DNA of 64,000 nt, taken from Octopus vulgaris (Eukaryota). Under the pieces are notes generated by a model. The model worked only from the letters and a program-made list of their open reading frames with translations. It had not been told where the DNA came from and searched no databases. Below are positions 13,588 through 26,285 of the stretch, in pieces. The position numbers and the translations under genes were made by a program. Numbering within the stretch: position 1 is the first letter of the stretch; each line of letters opens with the position of its first letter. The stretch spans positions 53,196,001-53,260,000 of the forward strand of contig OX597831.1 in NCBI GenBank assembly GCA_951406725.2, in the 5' to 3' direction.

Positions 13588-13930
13588 TAGCTGCGTGGCA
13601 AGAGTTTTGCTGCGCAACAGCATGGTTCTGAGTTCAGTCCCACTGTGTGGCACCTTGGGCAAGTGTCTTCTACTATACCCTCAGGCCAACCAGAGCCTTG
13701 TGAGTGAATTTGGTAGATGGAAACTGAAAAGAGCCCGTTGTAATGTGTGTGTGTGTCTTTGTGTCCAGTGTTGGTGTGTTTACATCCCTGTAACTTAGCG
13801 GTTTGGCAAAAGAGACCAGGCTTACAAAATAAAAAAGGAAAAGACTGGAGTCGATCCATCTGACTTAAAATTCTTCGAGGCAGTGCCCCAGTATGACTGC
13901 AATCTAATAACTGAAACAAGTAAAAAGGTA
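13588..13930 (+). mobile_element. tRNA/CORE SINE, family B
   Basis: Head GCTGCGTGGCAAG..GTTCAGTCCC, core GGCACCTTGGGCAAGTG, internal (TG)n, tail CCCCAGTATGACTGCA..CTGAAACAAGTAAAA. Confidence 0.8.
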
Positions 13931-14153
13931 AAACATAGCAATTCGTTTGTTTAGATTTGTTTGTTTTTTTCCCCTTGTTTTTATTCTTTGTTATATATTC
14001 TTTGAAAATAGTTCTAGTTTATTGTTCCTGTATAGTTTCTCCAGCATGCAGCACAACTTAAACTCAAGTGAGATTTTAAAAACTTTCAAATTTTTCCATT
14101 ATTAGCCATGTAACCAATAAAAGTAAAATGTTTTCTATTTTCTGTTTCCACAG

Positions 14154-14334
14154 CTGAAATAACCAGTCATTTTACTGACAAGCTAACTGAACTAGATTTT
14201 GAAAACTTGAAGGTGACTTTTGATTTCTACTGCTTAACGTTGCGTGTAGACCTTGAACAGTACAATGATAGGCCACCAAAAGCAGACAACAGATCAGTAT
14301 ATTCTGAGACTGAGGAGGAATCATGTATGAAAGG
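14154..14334 (+). CDS. SZT2: SZT2 coding exon 9
   Basis: ccacag / gtatgt; EITSHFTDKLTELDFENLKVTFDFYCLTLRVDL; phase 1 to 2; absent from ORF track. Confidence 0.88.
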
Positions 14335-14599
14335 GTATGTCTTGTAATGCCATTGATATACATATTTATGGGTCTTTTACTACACAATTACTTCTCCATT
14401 AATAAACGTTACTGCCTAGTAGGATAATTTGTTGAGCATTCAAAAAAGATTAAAGGTGTAGACCAGTGGTTCCCAAAGTGGGCAGTTGTATTTCTTCTAA
14501 CTCTATGTTCTGAGTTCTAATCTTGTTGAGGTCAACTTTAACTTTCATCTCTTCAGGGTTGATAACATAAACTCTATATTGCTGGCCTTGAATTCTGCT

Positions 14600-14957
14600 G
14601 TGCTTACCTTGGATCGTAGGGTGACCTGCTGTGCTTGAGGAGACCTATTGAGTAAAGTACAGCAACATCAAAATAAATATCAAATGGAAATTGTAGTTGT
14701 GATACCTGTGCCGGTGGCATGTAAAAAGCACCATCTGAACGTGGCCGATGCCAGCGCCGCTTTGACTGGCTTCTGTGCAGGTGGTACGTAAAAAGCAACC
14801 GCTACACTCACGGAGTGGTTGGCATTAGGCAGGGCATCCAACTGTAGAAACACTGCCAGATCAGACTGGAGCCTGGTGCAGCCTCCTGGCTTCCCAGACC
14901 CCGGTCGAACCGGCCAACTCATGCTAGTACGGAAAACGGATGTTAAATGATGATGAT
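14600..14957 (+). mobile_element. RTE-LINE 3' UTR-derived repeat (GGAAGGGCATCC motif, (GAT)n tail)
   Basis: Shares the ~65-bp subrepeats and the terminal ..GGAAAACGGATGTTAAATGATGATGAT with the LINE at 50048-51023; more than 15 related fragments in the window. Confidence 0.75.
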
Positions 14958-15940
14958 ATATGTATGTATGTATATAATTCCAAGAGAGTTATAGGTTGTG
15001 AATCCAACCAATTAAGGGATAATATCTGTCCAATATACTGCTAGTAGAATACCCAATTATTAATACACATTTTTTATTGTGTGGCAATTACACTACTGAA
15101 TGTAATGAATGGGTTAGGGTAAAAAGGTGTTTTACCCTTAAATTATACAAGAAAATGGAGGGGATCAAGAGGTGGTATTCATCAACTTTTAGACATTATA
15201 TTATGTTTGTTTATTTATTTTTTTAAAAACATTTATAACAATATACATACATGTATAGTATATCATGCTTCATATATATAAAAATACCAGTAATTATTAA
15301 AATATATAATGTAGAACATAGAAAGTAGAAATAGTTTCTTACAGCTGTTTCAGCCAAGAGGTCATAGTACCCCACTTTATTTCCATCCCTTCAGTGAACT
15401 GAAGTATTTGATAGATAAAATTAAGGTTCTTGGTTGTGCTTCTGGGCTTTGTCAGAGAGTTTAGAAAGTTCATAAGGTTAAGTTATAAATACATACATAT
15501 ATACACACTTTTATATATCTGCATATACTAAGTTGTCGTTATTTACTGCTAAAATTATGTTTAAAATCTATTTTATCTGACAAAATGCCTCAAATGCAAG
15601 GCTCCATGTAATAGTGTTGAGTCACTTAATTAATGAACCAGTCAGTCATTCAGTCCTTTAAAATATCCGTTATTTATTCAGTTAATTACTTTTAATGTTA
15701 TATTTAAGTGGTGTGGGGAGTGGGGGTTAAGGTATAAGTAGAATGAAAGGAGGTATCTGTAGGTTATTAAGATCTAGAATTAGAAGAATAATAACATACT
15801 CAAATATTTAGGTCCATTATTCAATCAACCAATCAATTAATTTATCTATTTATTACTTCTGTAATGGGGTTGCATATCAATATCTATATACATACATAAG
15901 TATATACAATAAATATATATATATATATATACACACACAA

Positions 15941-15976
<36 letters not shown>

Positions 15977-16383
15977 TTGTGTTCTATCTGTTTTATTTTC
16001 AAGCCAACTAGATCCAGCCTTTCACACGTACTCTACAATGTCAGTTTGAAAATAGTCACATTATTAAAACCTTCAATCTATAAGATAAGGCATGATTAAT
16101 TCAAAGAATGTGAATAAAATAAGTATTGCATTTCACAGAGTAATCTGAATGTTAATGTGTTAAGGAACTGATAAGGAGCAAAAGAGTAAGGACGGTATTT
16201 GCAAACCAGGCCAATTGATGCTAACTTGGAAAAAAAAAACAAAGAAAAAAAAACCACCTAAAAATATACTAATAAAAATGGTGGTTATTTTGATAATATT
16301 TAAAATTATTTAATAATATTTAAAAATAGAGAAAAATTTAATACTTATCCTTTTCTTTCTCTTTTTCTTTTTTTTTCTTTCAG

Positions 16384-16456
16384 TTTCCAACACCATCATC
16401 TATTCAATATTTTACCAAAGTCTTACCATGAAGCTGTTATGGATTGTAAACATGAA
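16384..16456 (+). CDS. SZT2: SZT2 coding exon 10
   Basis: long T tract + cag / gtaaac; FQHHHLFNILPKSYHEAVMDCKHE; phase 2 to 0. Confidence 0.85.
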
Positions 16457-16514
16457 GTAAACATTTCACCAGTTTTTGTTATTTTTCCTTGTTTTGTTTT
16501 TAACTCCTTCTTAA

Positions 16515-17585
16515 CCCTTTCGTTACCAAACCGCCCAAAGCCGCCCGAAAAAATTTTGGTTTATGAAACCAAACCGCCCGAATTTACCTATTCATATTTA
16601 AATGAGAATATCAGAGCAAATCTCTTCAGTACATTCGTGAAAACACGTATTATACTTCGTAAACAGTTCAACTACAGTTTTGTACAATAATCGAAGTGTA
16701 ATTTTAATTCCGTGAATTTTGGGAGATTTTTTTCCGAAATTTGTTCCTATTGTGTTTTCAAAATTTGTAATTCTGACAAAAAATGGATACGAATTTCATT
16801 ATATCAAGCAGCGAGTCAGAATTCGAAGGATTTTCTACTGAAGACCTTCATAAATCTAACTCTATGACTGAAAAAAAAAAGCACATGGTATTTGATAATG
16901 AATTTGATGTTTCATTTTCCGAAAGTGAAAACAGTGAATCTGAGATCTCCGATAGCGATAAAGAAAACGAATTGGCACCTGAATGGAGTGAAAATTTAAA
17001 AACTGTTTCTTTCGGTGATTTTTCTGCAGAAACTGGACCAAGCCACAGACTTTCCCAGAAGGGTAAAGCCTTAGGCTATTTCTATTTACTTTTTCGAATG
17101 AGCCTATTTGAAATCATTACAGCGAAAACGAACCGTTACGCTAAACGTAAACAAAACGAAAGAAAGGATAGTTTGTTATTTCCCACAACCTTAAATGAAA
17201 TTAAGGCCTATTTTGCCATAAATATTATTATGGGTATCAGAAAGTTACCCAGAATAACAAATTCTATCGTAAAATTTTGTTGTATACCCAATTGAATATT
17301 AGCTAATATTTTCTATAGCGATGTTTGAACAAAATTTTAATAATTTTATATTTTGTGGAATTTACCTGTATCTACCTGCAAATAGAGTCACTTTGTGACA
17401 AAAATTATAGTATAGAATTGGTTGAGAATATTTCATTAAATTATCTTCCAAAAATCAGATTAATATATCGATAAATAAAAAAGTTATAGTTGTTTAATGA
17501 AACCAGACTAAATTTATGATTACGTTAGAAATTAATTGAAACACATAAGGGGTGTAATTTGGTCAGAAATATAGTAACGAAAGGG
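16515..17585 (+). mobile_element. Internally deleted piggyBac transposon
   Basis: Perfect 12-bp TIRs CCCTTTCGTTAC / GTAACGAAAGGG; TTAA TSD (16511-14, 17586-89); contains ORF 16783-17295. Confidence 0.93.
16783..17295 (+). pseudogene. Truncated piggyBac (PGBD-like) transposase N-terminus
   Basis: Acidic N-terminus, then F..F...LF..I...TNRYA..EIKAYFAINIIMGIRKLP, the start of the DDE_Tnp_1_7 domain; catalytic DDD region deleted. Confidence 0.85.
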
Positions 17586-19413
17586 TTAAATATCTAAAAT
17601 ATCTGAAATCAAAAATTGAATTTTACAGCTGTGCGGTTAAGAAGTTTGCTTCCCAGCCACATGCTTCCAGGTTCAATCTCACTGTGTGGCATCGTAGGCA
17701 AATATTTTCTACTATAGCCTCAGGTTGACCAAAGCCTTGTGGGTGGATTTGGTTGACAGAAACTGAAAGAAGTCCATCTTATTTGTGTGTGTGTGTGTGT
17801 GTGTGTTTGTGTCTGTTTGTCCCCCACCACTGCTTGACAACTGTTCAGAACTCATTTCTACATCTGAGTGAACTGGAGCAACGTGAAATAAAGTGTCTTG
17901 CTCAAGAACACAACACACAGCCCAGTCCGGGATTCAAACTCACAACCTCGTGATCGTAAGCTCGACACTCTAACCACTGAGCCATGTATGTATGTATATA
18001 TGGTGTTAGGAAGGGCATCCAACCTTTAAAACCCTGCCAAAACAGACACAAAAGTTTGGTGCTGGCTCCTGCCTGGCAAGCTCTTGTGAAACCATCCAAC
18101 CAATTCCAGCATGGAAGGTAGATGTTAAACGATAAAGATGATAATATCTATCATCATCATCATCATCATCATCTTTTAATGTCCATGTTCTATACTAGCA
18201 CGGGTTGGAAGGTTTGACAAGATCTGATGGGATCAAGGACTGCATTGTGCTCCATTGTCTTCTTTGGCATGTTTTCAGTCACTGGATACTCTTTACAGTG
18301 TGTGTTAGATACTTTTCAAGCAGACTCAGTGCTGAGTTACTGAAGCAGAAATAACATAGCAAATATTCTGCTCACTACCACAGATTTGCTTGTCAGTTGC
18401 TTGACCTTAACCACTTGAGCATGTCCCTTAGTGGCTGACAATGTGTGCATCTCTGATCATGAGCAGGAGTAGTGGGGGAGCATTATAGCCATGTGTTGGC
18501 CATACACACTTTACAGTGTGTGTTAGATACTTTTCTCATGCCACCAGCACTAGTGAGCTCACCATGAGAGAAGAGGTAAGAGTAGATATTTGTTGTAGAA
18601 GAGTTACATGGCTAGTCACATTTGGAAGAGAGGGTAAGAATGATCTGGTGGTGCTGAAAAGAGATAAAATGATGGTGATGAGGTGTCCAGCAGGGACCTC
18701 AAGGTATGAAGTAAGTGGAAGTGAATGGGGACAGAAGAACTAGGAGTATGGACGAGTGGGGGATTGCAAGCATTTATATGTGGAAGCAAGAAATGTAGGA
18801 ATAGAAGAATGAGAGGAAGCAGGCAATAATTGTAAAGATTGAAGGGTGGATATAGGGAGTGGTAGATAAGGGGTTGAGGATGACCAATGATGCATGAGTG
18901 GAGAGAAGGTTGAGAGATGCAGGAGAGAGCTGGGAGAGAACTGTAGGTAGTAATTATGATAATGTTGATGGGGTGGGGGTGAGAGAGATAACATGTGGAA
19001 TATGAAATATTTGTCTTGGACTAATATTCTTTTTTTTTTGTTGAATGATGATGATCATCATAGTTTAATATTTGCTTTCCATGCTGGCATGTGTTGGACG
19101 GTTTGACATGGAGCTGGCCAGCTGGGAGCTGTCCACAAATGGAAAAGGCACTCAAAAAACAAAATAATTAAAAGTAAAAAGAAAACTAACCAAAATCTTT
19201 AAAACAATTATTAACACCAAATTAGCCATCAAAAATACAACTCCAGTGGTCCAAAAGTGTTAACTGCCCTAAATGCACCTAGTTGCAGAATCTGCAACAA
19301 CTTCATTGAGACTTGTAGAAAATATTCCTTCAATAAGTGTTGTCCTACCAATTGTATGGAAAGACAGACAAAAAAAAAAATGATGATATTACTCTTTTTT
19401 TTTTTCATTCTAG

Positions 19414-19605
19414 ATTGAATGGTTACTGCGAGATGAGATTGCCTGTGCCCTCCGTTACGTTTTCCCAATCACAGAGGACAAGCTTCAGAATGTCACTGAG
19501 CATGTGCAGGAATCCGTGCAACTGGGCAAATCATCTTGTTACATTGAAGAAGTGTTTCCACAATTTGTCTTTGGAAGTGACCAATGTTTGGAGAGTTTTA
19601 TTGAA
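19414..19605 (+). CDS. SZT2: SZT2 coding exon 11
   Basis: ttctag / gtaagt; IEWLLRDEIACALR..PQFVFGSDQCLESFIE; phase 0 to 0. Confidence 0.93.
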
Positions 19606-21075
19606 GTAAGTCATTTTCTTTGCTCTCAGTTCAATATCTCCTCTCATCAACCCCAACATGTAATAAATAATAAATTACTTTTTTTTTTGTCCTTCTTTTC
19701 CATTCTTTTCTATTTTTTCTGCTGGCATAGTTCTTAGGGTCTTTGAGGCACATAAGTTACCACACTCCAGCAAGGGCTGGATCTTGTGGTGGATGAATCA
19801 AATAGCATTGTTACATTATTTGTTGCCTTCATTTATACCATGTTTGGAAAATGTTAGCTGAGATTACCAGAATTTTCAGCTGTTGATGTTGTTGTTGTCT
19901 AATCCTAAATCAACCTTTATTGAGCAGGTATATGATAAAAAGCCTTCAAACTGTAAATGCCCTGTTATTATTTTTTTAGGGTTTCTTAGCAATACATCAT
20001 CTAATGTATTCTTCTTTTTAAGATGGTAGAGTGTGTCCTAAGAGAGGGACCTGACAGCTATTTCTAGCAGGTTGAGCAAATGCTTAGAGAGTTACTTTTT
20101 AATTCATGAGGACCTTTGTTACACACACACACACATATATATGCATGTATGTAATGCTTTTGTGTACATACATGCGTATGGATGTTTGTATATACATACA
20201 TCATGGCACTCCATCGGTTACAACGATGAGGGTTCCAGTTGACCCGATCAATGGAATAGCCTGCTCGTGAAATTAACATGTAAGTGGCTGAGCACTCCAC
20301 AGACATGTGCACCCATAACATACTTTTTGAGGAGATTCAACTTGACACAGAGTGTGACGAGGCTGGCCCTTTGGAATACAGGTACAGTAGAAACAAGAAG
20401 AAAGAGTGAGAGAAAGTTATGGTGAAAGAATACAGCAGGATTTGCCACCACCCCCTGCCGGAGCCTCGTGGAGATTTGTGTTTTCACTTATAACACAACA
20501 CCCCATCTGGGAATCAAAACCGCAATCCTATGACGGCAAGTCCGCTGCCCTAACCACTGGGCCATTGTGCCTTCATACATACACACACACATATGTATGA
20601 ATGAGTTCACTATCCAATGTGTCCTAAAATTTTAAGATAGCAAGGTGTGATTTCAAGGAAGATTCAATTGCTTTTTTCACCAGACAATCAGGTTGAACAA
20701 GCTTACAGAGGTTCCTGTGTTTGGCTCCCTATACATAGTCATAATCGCTGCTACATGATTGCAAAAGTCATTAATATTAGATTCCATCTAAAGCGGTGAG
20801 CAGGAAGAATTGTTAGCACTTTGGGCAGAATGCCCAGTGGCATTTTGTTCATCTTTACGTTCTGAGTTCAAATTCTGCCATGGTCAACTTTACCTTTCAT
20901 CCCTGCAGGGTCAATAACCTAAGTACCAGTTGAATTCTGGTGTTGATGTAACCGACATACTCCCCTCTTAAAATTGCTGGCCCTGTGCCAAAATTTGAAT
21001 TCAATACTAGATTTACATTGTATCGAATCAATAAATATAACCAGAAATGTTTTAATGTTTTGTAATGTTTTTCAG

Positions 21076-21293
21076 GAACTGAAGCGAGTGAGCATCAAGA
21101 ATTACCGATTAAAAAGAGAAGGGATGTTTTTTTACTTGGTGCTGACCAGAGAAATGGCCGCCCATTATAAGGCTCTTAGCTCAGCTGTTAGGTCATTGGA
21201 TGATGACTCACAGACACCAGAGAAATGTACTAAAAAGTCAATAAGTGAAGAAAGCAGGAGCAGGCATCCTAGCTCCCAGAAAAACTTATCTCG
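21076..21293 (+). CDS. SZT2: SZT2 coding exon 12
   Basis: tttcag / gtaagg; ELKRVSIKNYRLKREGMFFYLVL; phase 0 to 2. Confidence 0.9.
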
Positions 21294-21384
21294 GTAAGGT
21301 TATATGTGTAGTTGGACTTAGAAACAGCTTTTTAAATTTTTTTTCCATTTGCTGTTTTTCTTTTTTTTTTTTTTTAAATGTTCT

Positions 21385-21900
21385 TCAGTGTGGCAGATGC
21401 ACAGGGCCAATAAAACACCACAAATGCTCAGAAAACTGATTCCATCACATGCCAAGGGGAGAAAGTAGAAATAGTTGATAGCTTCTGCTACCTAGGTGAC
21501 CAAGTCTGTAGTGGGGATAGTTGCTCAGACGGCATTGCCTCTAGAATAAGAATGGCCTGGGAAAAGTTCAGAAAGCTCCTACTTCTTACTGGTGACAAAG
21601 GGTCTCTTGCTCTGAGTGAAATGTAGATTGTATGATGCATGTGTGCAAACTGCCATGCTTCACAGCAGTGAAACATGGGCTATGACCACTGAAGACATGT
21701 GTAGGCTTGAAAGAAATGAAGCTAGTATGATCTGCTGGATGTGTAATGTCAGTGTGCACACACAACAGAGTGTAAGCGCCCTGAGAGAAATGTAGGACAT
21801 AAGAAGCATCAGATGTGGTGTGCAAGAGAGATGACTGCGCTGGTATGGTCATGTGCTATGTATGCATGAGGGGAGCTGTGTGAAGAAGTGTCACTCCCTG
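21385..21900 (+). mobile_element. RTE-clade LINE fragment (post-RT region)
   Basis: ..EIVDSFCYLGDQV..RIRMAWEKFRKL..AMLHSSETWA..RLERNEASMICWMC, with stops and frameshifts. Confidence 0.85.
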
Positions 21901-22286
21901 GTTAGTGGTTAGTGGCAGTGATGGTGGTGGGAAACTGATAAACTATTTAAATCTACCACCTAGCTGCTTTACTGGCAATATATCCCTCCTCACTTATGTT
22001 ACCTAGGTAACCTAATTAACAGTAGAGGAAAATGTCCTGAAAGCATAGTAGTCACATTAAGAATGAGGTAGGGAAAATTCAGGGAGTTTTTACATCTGCT
22101 GGCAAACAGAGCAAAGAAAAACTTATTCTCTTCAAGTGAAGGGTAGATACATGTGTACATGATACATGCATACAACTTTGGTAGCAAAATTTGAACATTG
22201 ATTGCAGAAGATGTGTAAGCTTTAGGTGTGGTACCTGTAGATATTGTTATTGACTGTGGCTTTAATTTTTGTTTTTTTTTGTTTAG

Positions 22287-22499
22287 GGATTATCCTCAAG
22301 AATGGAGAGGAAGTCCAACAAAGCTGATTGATAAACGAGAAGTTGCTGATGTTTCCATTCATCTGACCAATGAAAAAGGACAGAAGGAAGTTTGTTGTTT
22401 GTCTCCTGAACGCGTAGCACTACTCAATAAAGTGGACACCCAGAGTTTACTGAGTGACTTCGATGAAGGAGTGTTGAAACGCTCATCCAGCTTTGGAGG
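22287..22499 (+). CDS. SZT2: SZT2 coding exon 13
   Basis: gtttag / gtttgt (donor chosen by phase); DYPQEWRGSPTK..KRSSSFG; phase 2 to 2. Confidence 0.85.
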
Positions 22500-24336
22500 G
22501 TTTGTAAATTCTTAGAATATATCTTTTATCTTTCACTTGTTTCAGTCATTAGACTGTGGCCATGCTGGGGCACTACCTTGAAGAGTTTTTAGTCTAACGA
22601 ATTGACCCTGGTACTTTCTTTTTTAAACCTGGTACTTATTCTATTGGTCTCTTTTGTTGAATTGCTATATATTTTCCTGTTTTTCTCATTTTCCAGAAAC
22701 TTTTAACTTATTTCAGTGGCAAAGACCAGAACAGTAGCATACCTGAAGTGATTTCAGTATTTAGTTTTAAATATCTTTGTTTTGGGTTCAAGTTCTATCA
22801 GCCCCGGTGTCAGTAAAATAGTCACTAGTAAAATTATACTATCTTCTTAACAAATTTTGCTTTGCCTAAGAAAGAAATCAGTATATTTCAGTTCTAAGAA
22901 ATGAAGAATTTAGTATATATGCCATTGGTAATGGTGTTTTGTTTTTCAATATTTTTGGACAAAGTCCCTCTTCAGGGTAAGAAGAATGTGGATAAAAAAA
23001 AAGTGGGAAGTCAGATGATTTTTACATCCTCTCTTTCAGTACGACTGGGAGCAACTCATAGGGAATGTAAAACAACATGTAAGTGCATGCATAAGCAAGA
23101 AGTACTGGGAGAGGGGAACTGGTGAGAGAAGGAGAAAAAAATGGAAATCAAAAGAGGAAGAGAAGATGAGCAAGGATGAGGTGGGGTGGGGGATTTGGCT
23201 CTTTAGCTGTCAGAATATTCAGTCATATGTAATGCTTATTTATTCACATTGTTTTAAATTAATCACTCATTATCTCATAGCTTTCTGGTTTTGATGATGT
23301 GATTGTTTATTTTTGGAATGGCATAGGGTAGATGTCAGAGATTGGATTTAGTTGATTTGAACATAAAACAGGCAGATTGTTTGGACTGGATATGACTGGT
23401 TTAAATGCTAAAGGTCTTGAGCAAGTGGAAATCTAAAGAATAAAGCAGGATATGCTGTTACAAAAAGTGATGAAGGAGTAGAAGTAAGTTAATTTAGATC
23501 CATTGGTGCCATGGTTCTCAGTTCGAGTTTGGTTTATTGTTCTTATGCTTCACTGAGACTGTGGATCTTGATGGAAGTTTTCATTATTCCAGTGAGATCT
23601 TCTTGCCACCTTGTGAAAACTGGTATGAAATTTCATGTCATAACTGTTGTCATTTCTTTCTATTTCTTTCTTATATCTTGTTTCCTATAATCAGTGAGTC
23701 TTCACTGCAAACTTTACATATATTGGAACATAGTGAAACTTGAAGCCTGTTCCTTTCCCAGTGGTACACAGGGTGAACCATGTTCAATTCACAGACTGGT
23801 GGGGATGGGTGTTGTAGTTCAGTTATGATAGAACAGAACTACAATCAAAGGCATTCCAACTGTGACCATCCCATTTTTCCTTATGTACAGGAAACCCAGG
23901 ATCTCATGATTCAACATATGCCTTCCTAAGGTGATTAAGATGAGATTGAGATTTGAGAGAGTTTTAGCTGCTATTTCTAACAGGTCAACTGACCACATAG
24001 AGACTTCCTCATTGGCTTGAACTCCCTCATGGTTTCAACTTTGACTTTCATCCCTTCGGGGTTGATAACATAAACTCTAAATTGCTAGCCTTGAGTTCTG
24101 CAATGGACCAGTGTCCTGTTTAGGGAGAACATTATGATCTTGGATAGTTATATGCCATGGAAACCAAGTCAATCAGCTTTATTAATCCTGGGGTCAGAGA
24201 AAAATAAAAAAGCTAGTCATATTTAATTTGTCTTCTGTGTCACTGTATTTCTAAAAAAAAGATTCAACCTGATTATTCAATTGCATATCTTGGATTTAAT
24301 CTCATTAATGTTTGTGTTTTCTTTATTCCACCACAG

Positions 24337-24623
24337 CTTTGATGCAGAGGGCAGTCGGCGAGCTCAGTATCGGACTGTTGCAGGGTCAGATAAATCTTTG
24401 TCAACCATTGAGTCTGCCTCAGCTACATCAACTTCAGTTGCCATGACAACATCTGTTGCCAAACACTTAACGAACTCACCGGCAGCTCAACTAGCATCCC
24501 GAGCCAGGCATTTTTCTGCCCCAACAGCTGCACAGAGAAATGCTATGGGTGCCTACAGCCAGCCTTCTACTATGCCTGCCACACCATCTTGGATATCTTC
24601 ACGTGGTAGTTACACAGAAGAAG
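24337..24623 (+). CDS. SZT2: SZT2 coding exon 14
   Basis: ccacag / gttaga; FDAEGSRRAQYR..SRGSYTEE; phase 2 to 1. Confidence 0.88.
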
Positions 24624-24838
24624 GTTAGATATTTTTCATACTTTATTTATCTTTTATCCTTTACTTGTTTCAGTCATTGGGCTACGGCCATACTGGGGCA
24701 CTGCCTTGAAGGATTTTCTTGAACAAACTGATTCCAGTACTTATTTTTTTGGTGAAGTTTTCAACTTATTCTATCAGTCCTTTTTGCTAAACTGCTAAGT
24801 TACAGTGACATAAACTAGTTGTCAGGTGGTGAGATGAA

Positions 24839-24871
<33 letters not shown>

Positions 24872-25190
24872 CAAGCTTCCGCACAGTTTTCATTGACCAA
24901 ATTCACTCACAAGGCATTGATCAGCTTGGGGTTATAGTAGACACTTGCCCAAGGTGCCATGCAATGGAACTGAGCCCTGAACCACAGGGTTGCAAAGTGA
25001 GCTTCTTAACCTCACAACTATGCTGTATTTATTTATCGACAATTACTTTCAGTTTATGTTCGCATCTTGATAATGACCGTACTTACGTATCATCCGAATC
25101 GATAATTTAAAAATTTAATTTCCACATCAATGTTGAAAAAATTAATATTCTAATTAAAGTATTTAGTTTTATGTTAATATTCAGAATGTA

Positions 25191-25408
25191 CAATGAGGTG
25201 CTGAAAAGTTCCTGGCTTCAAGAGTATTGTGAAAGGCTTGGTTGGTGGTTCAGTCTTCTGAGTTCTTTTTATCAGGCTTAGGAAAACTGAAGGACTGCTG
25301 CAACAAGTGCATGAATCTGAGAGGGGAATATGTTCAATAAAATCATAATTAACTGATCCTCCTGTATTTTCTTTTACCCAAAGCCAGGAACTTTTCAGCA
25401 CCCTCTTG
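25191..25408. mobile_element. Mariner-type MITE
   Basis: ~29-bp TIRs CAATGAGGTGCTGAAAAGTTCCTGGCTT / AAGCCAGGAACTTTTCAGCACCCTCTTG flanked by TA. Confidence 0.85.
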
Positions 25409-25599
25409 TAAGTTTTTGGTACTGGCGCTGGCTTTCTGTACCAAAGGCTGATGGCTATAATTCCATTCAACTGAGAGTTGTACTTACTTGCTTCAGCCCT
25501 TAATTCTCTTCGGAGTAAAGGCCATTGATAACTTTTCTCCATCGTTCTTGACTCTGGGCTGTCTTTAACCCTTTAGCATTCAGCACACTCTGTCAAATG

Positions 25600-26285
25600 T
25601 ATCATCATCATCGACCATTTAGTGTCTGTCTTTCATACTGGCTTGGGTTAGACAGTTTGACTGAAACTGGTAAACTGGAGAGTTGCACCAAGTTCCAGTC
25701 TGATTTGACATGGTTTCTACAGCTGGACACACTTCCTAACACCAATCACTTCAAGAGTGTAATAAGTGCTTTTTACAAGTCATCACCATGAGTGCCTGTA
25801 ATGTGACACCAGCATTGGCTACAACTACAATTTCACTTGGCTTGATGGGTCTATTCACGCACAGCATATTGCCAAAGGTCCTGGTCACTTGTCTTCCTGG
25901 GTCTACTCTTCTACAAGTTCCCTCCACAGGTAGCGAACTGGCAGAAATGTTAGCACGCCGGGCGAAATGCTAAGTGGTATTTCGTCTGCTACTCCGTTCT
26001 GAGTTCAAATTCCACCGAGGTCAACTTTGCCTTTCATCCTTTTGGGGTCAATTAGATAAAAACCAGTTACTCACTAGGGGGCGATGTAATCGACTTCATC
26101 CGTTTGTCTGTCCTTGTTTGTCCCCTCTGTGTGTAGCCCCTTGTGGGCAGTAAAGAAATAGGTTCCCTCCACAGTTAGAGATTGGCACACCTTCATACAG
26201 CTGTCCTTGTCCATACACATCACATGACTATACCAGTGCAGTCGTCTCTCCTGCACACCTCATTTAATGCATCTTAGGCCGAGCT
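25600..26285 (-). mobile_element. RTE LINE 3' end inserted in a MITE and itself interrupted by a SINE
   Basis: Minus strand QERRLHWYSHVMCMDKDSCMKVC, then 3' UTR and (GAT)n tail. Confidence 0.8.
25930..26161 (+). mobile_element. Deu/Nin-domain-type SINE, family C, full length
   Basis: Head ..GAACTGGCAGAAATGTTAGC..GAGTTCAAATTCC, domain GGTCAACTTTGCCTTTCATCCTTT.GGGGTC; 13-bp TSD GTTCCCTCCACAG (25917-29, 26162-74). Confidence 0.85.
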
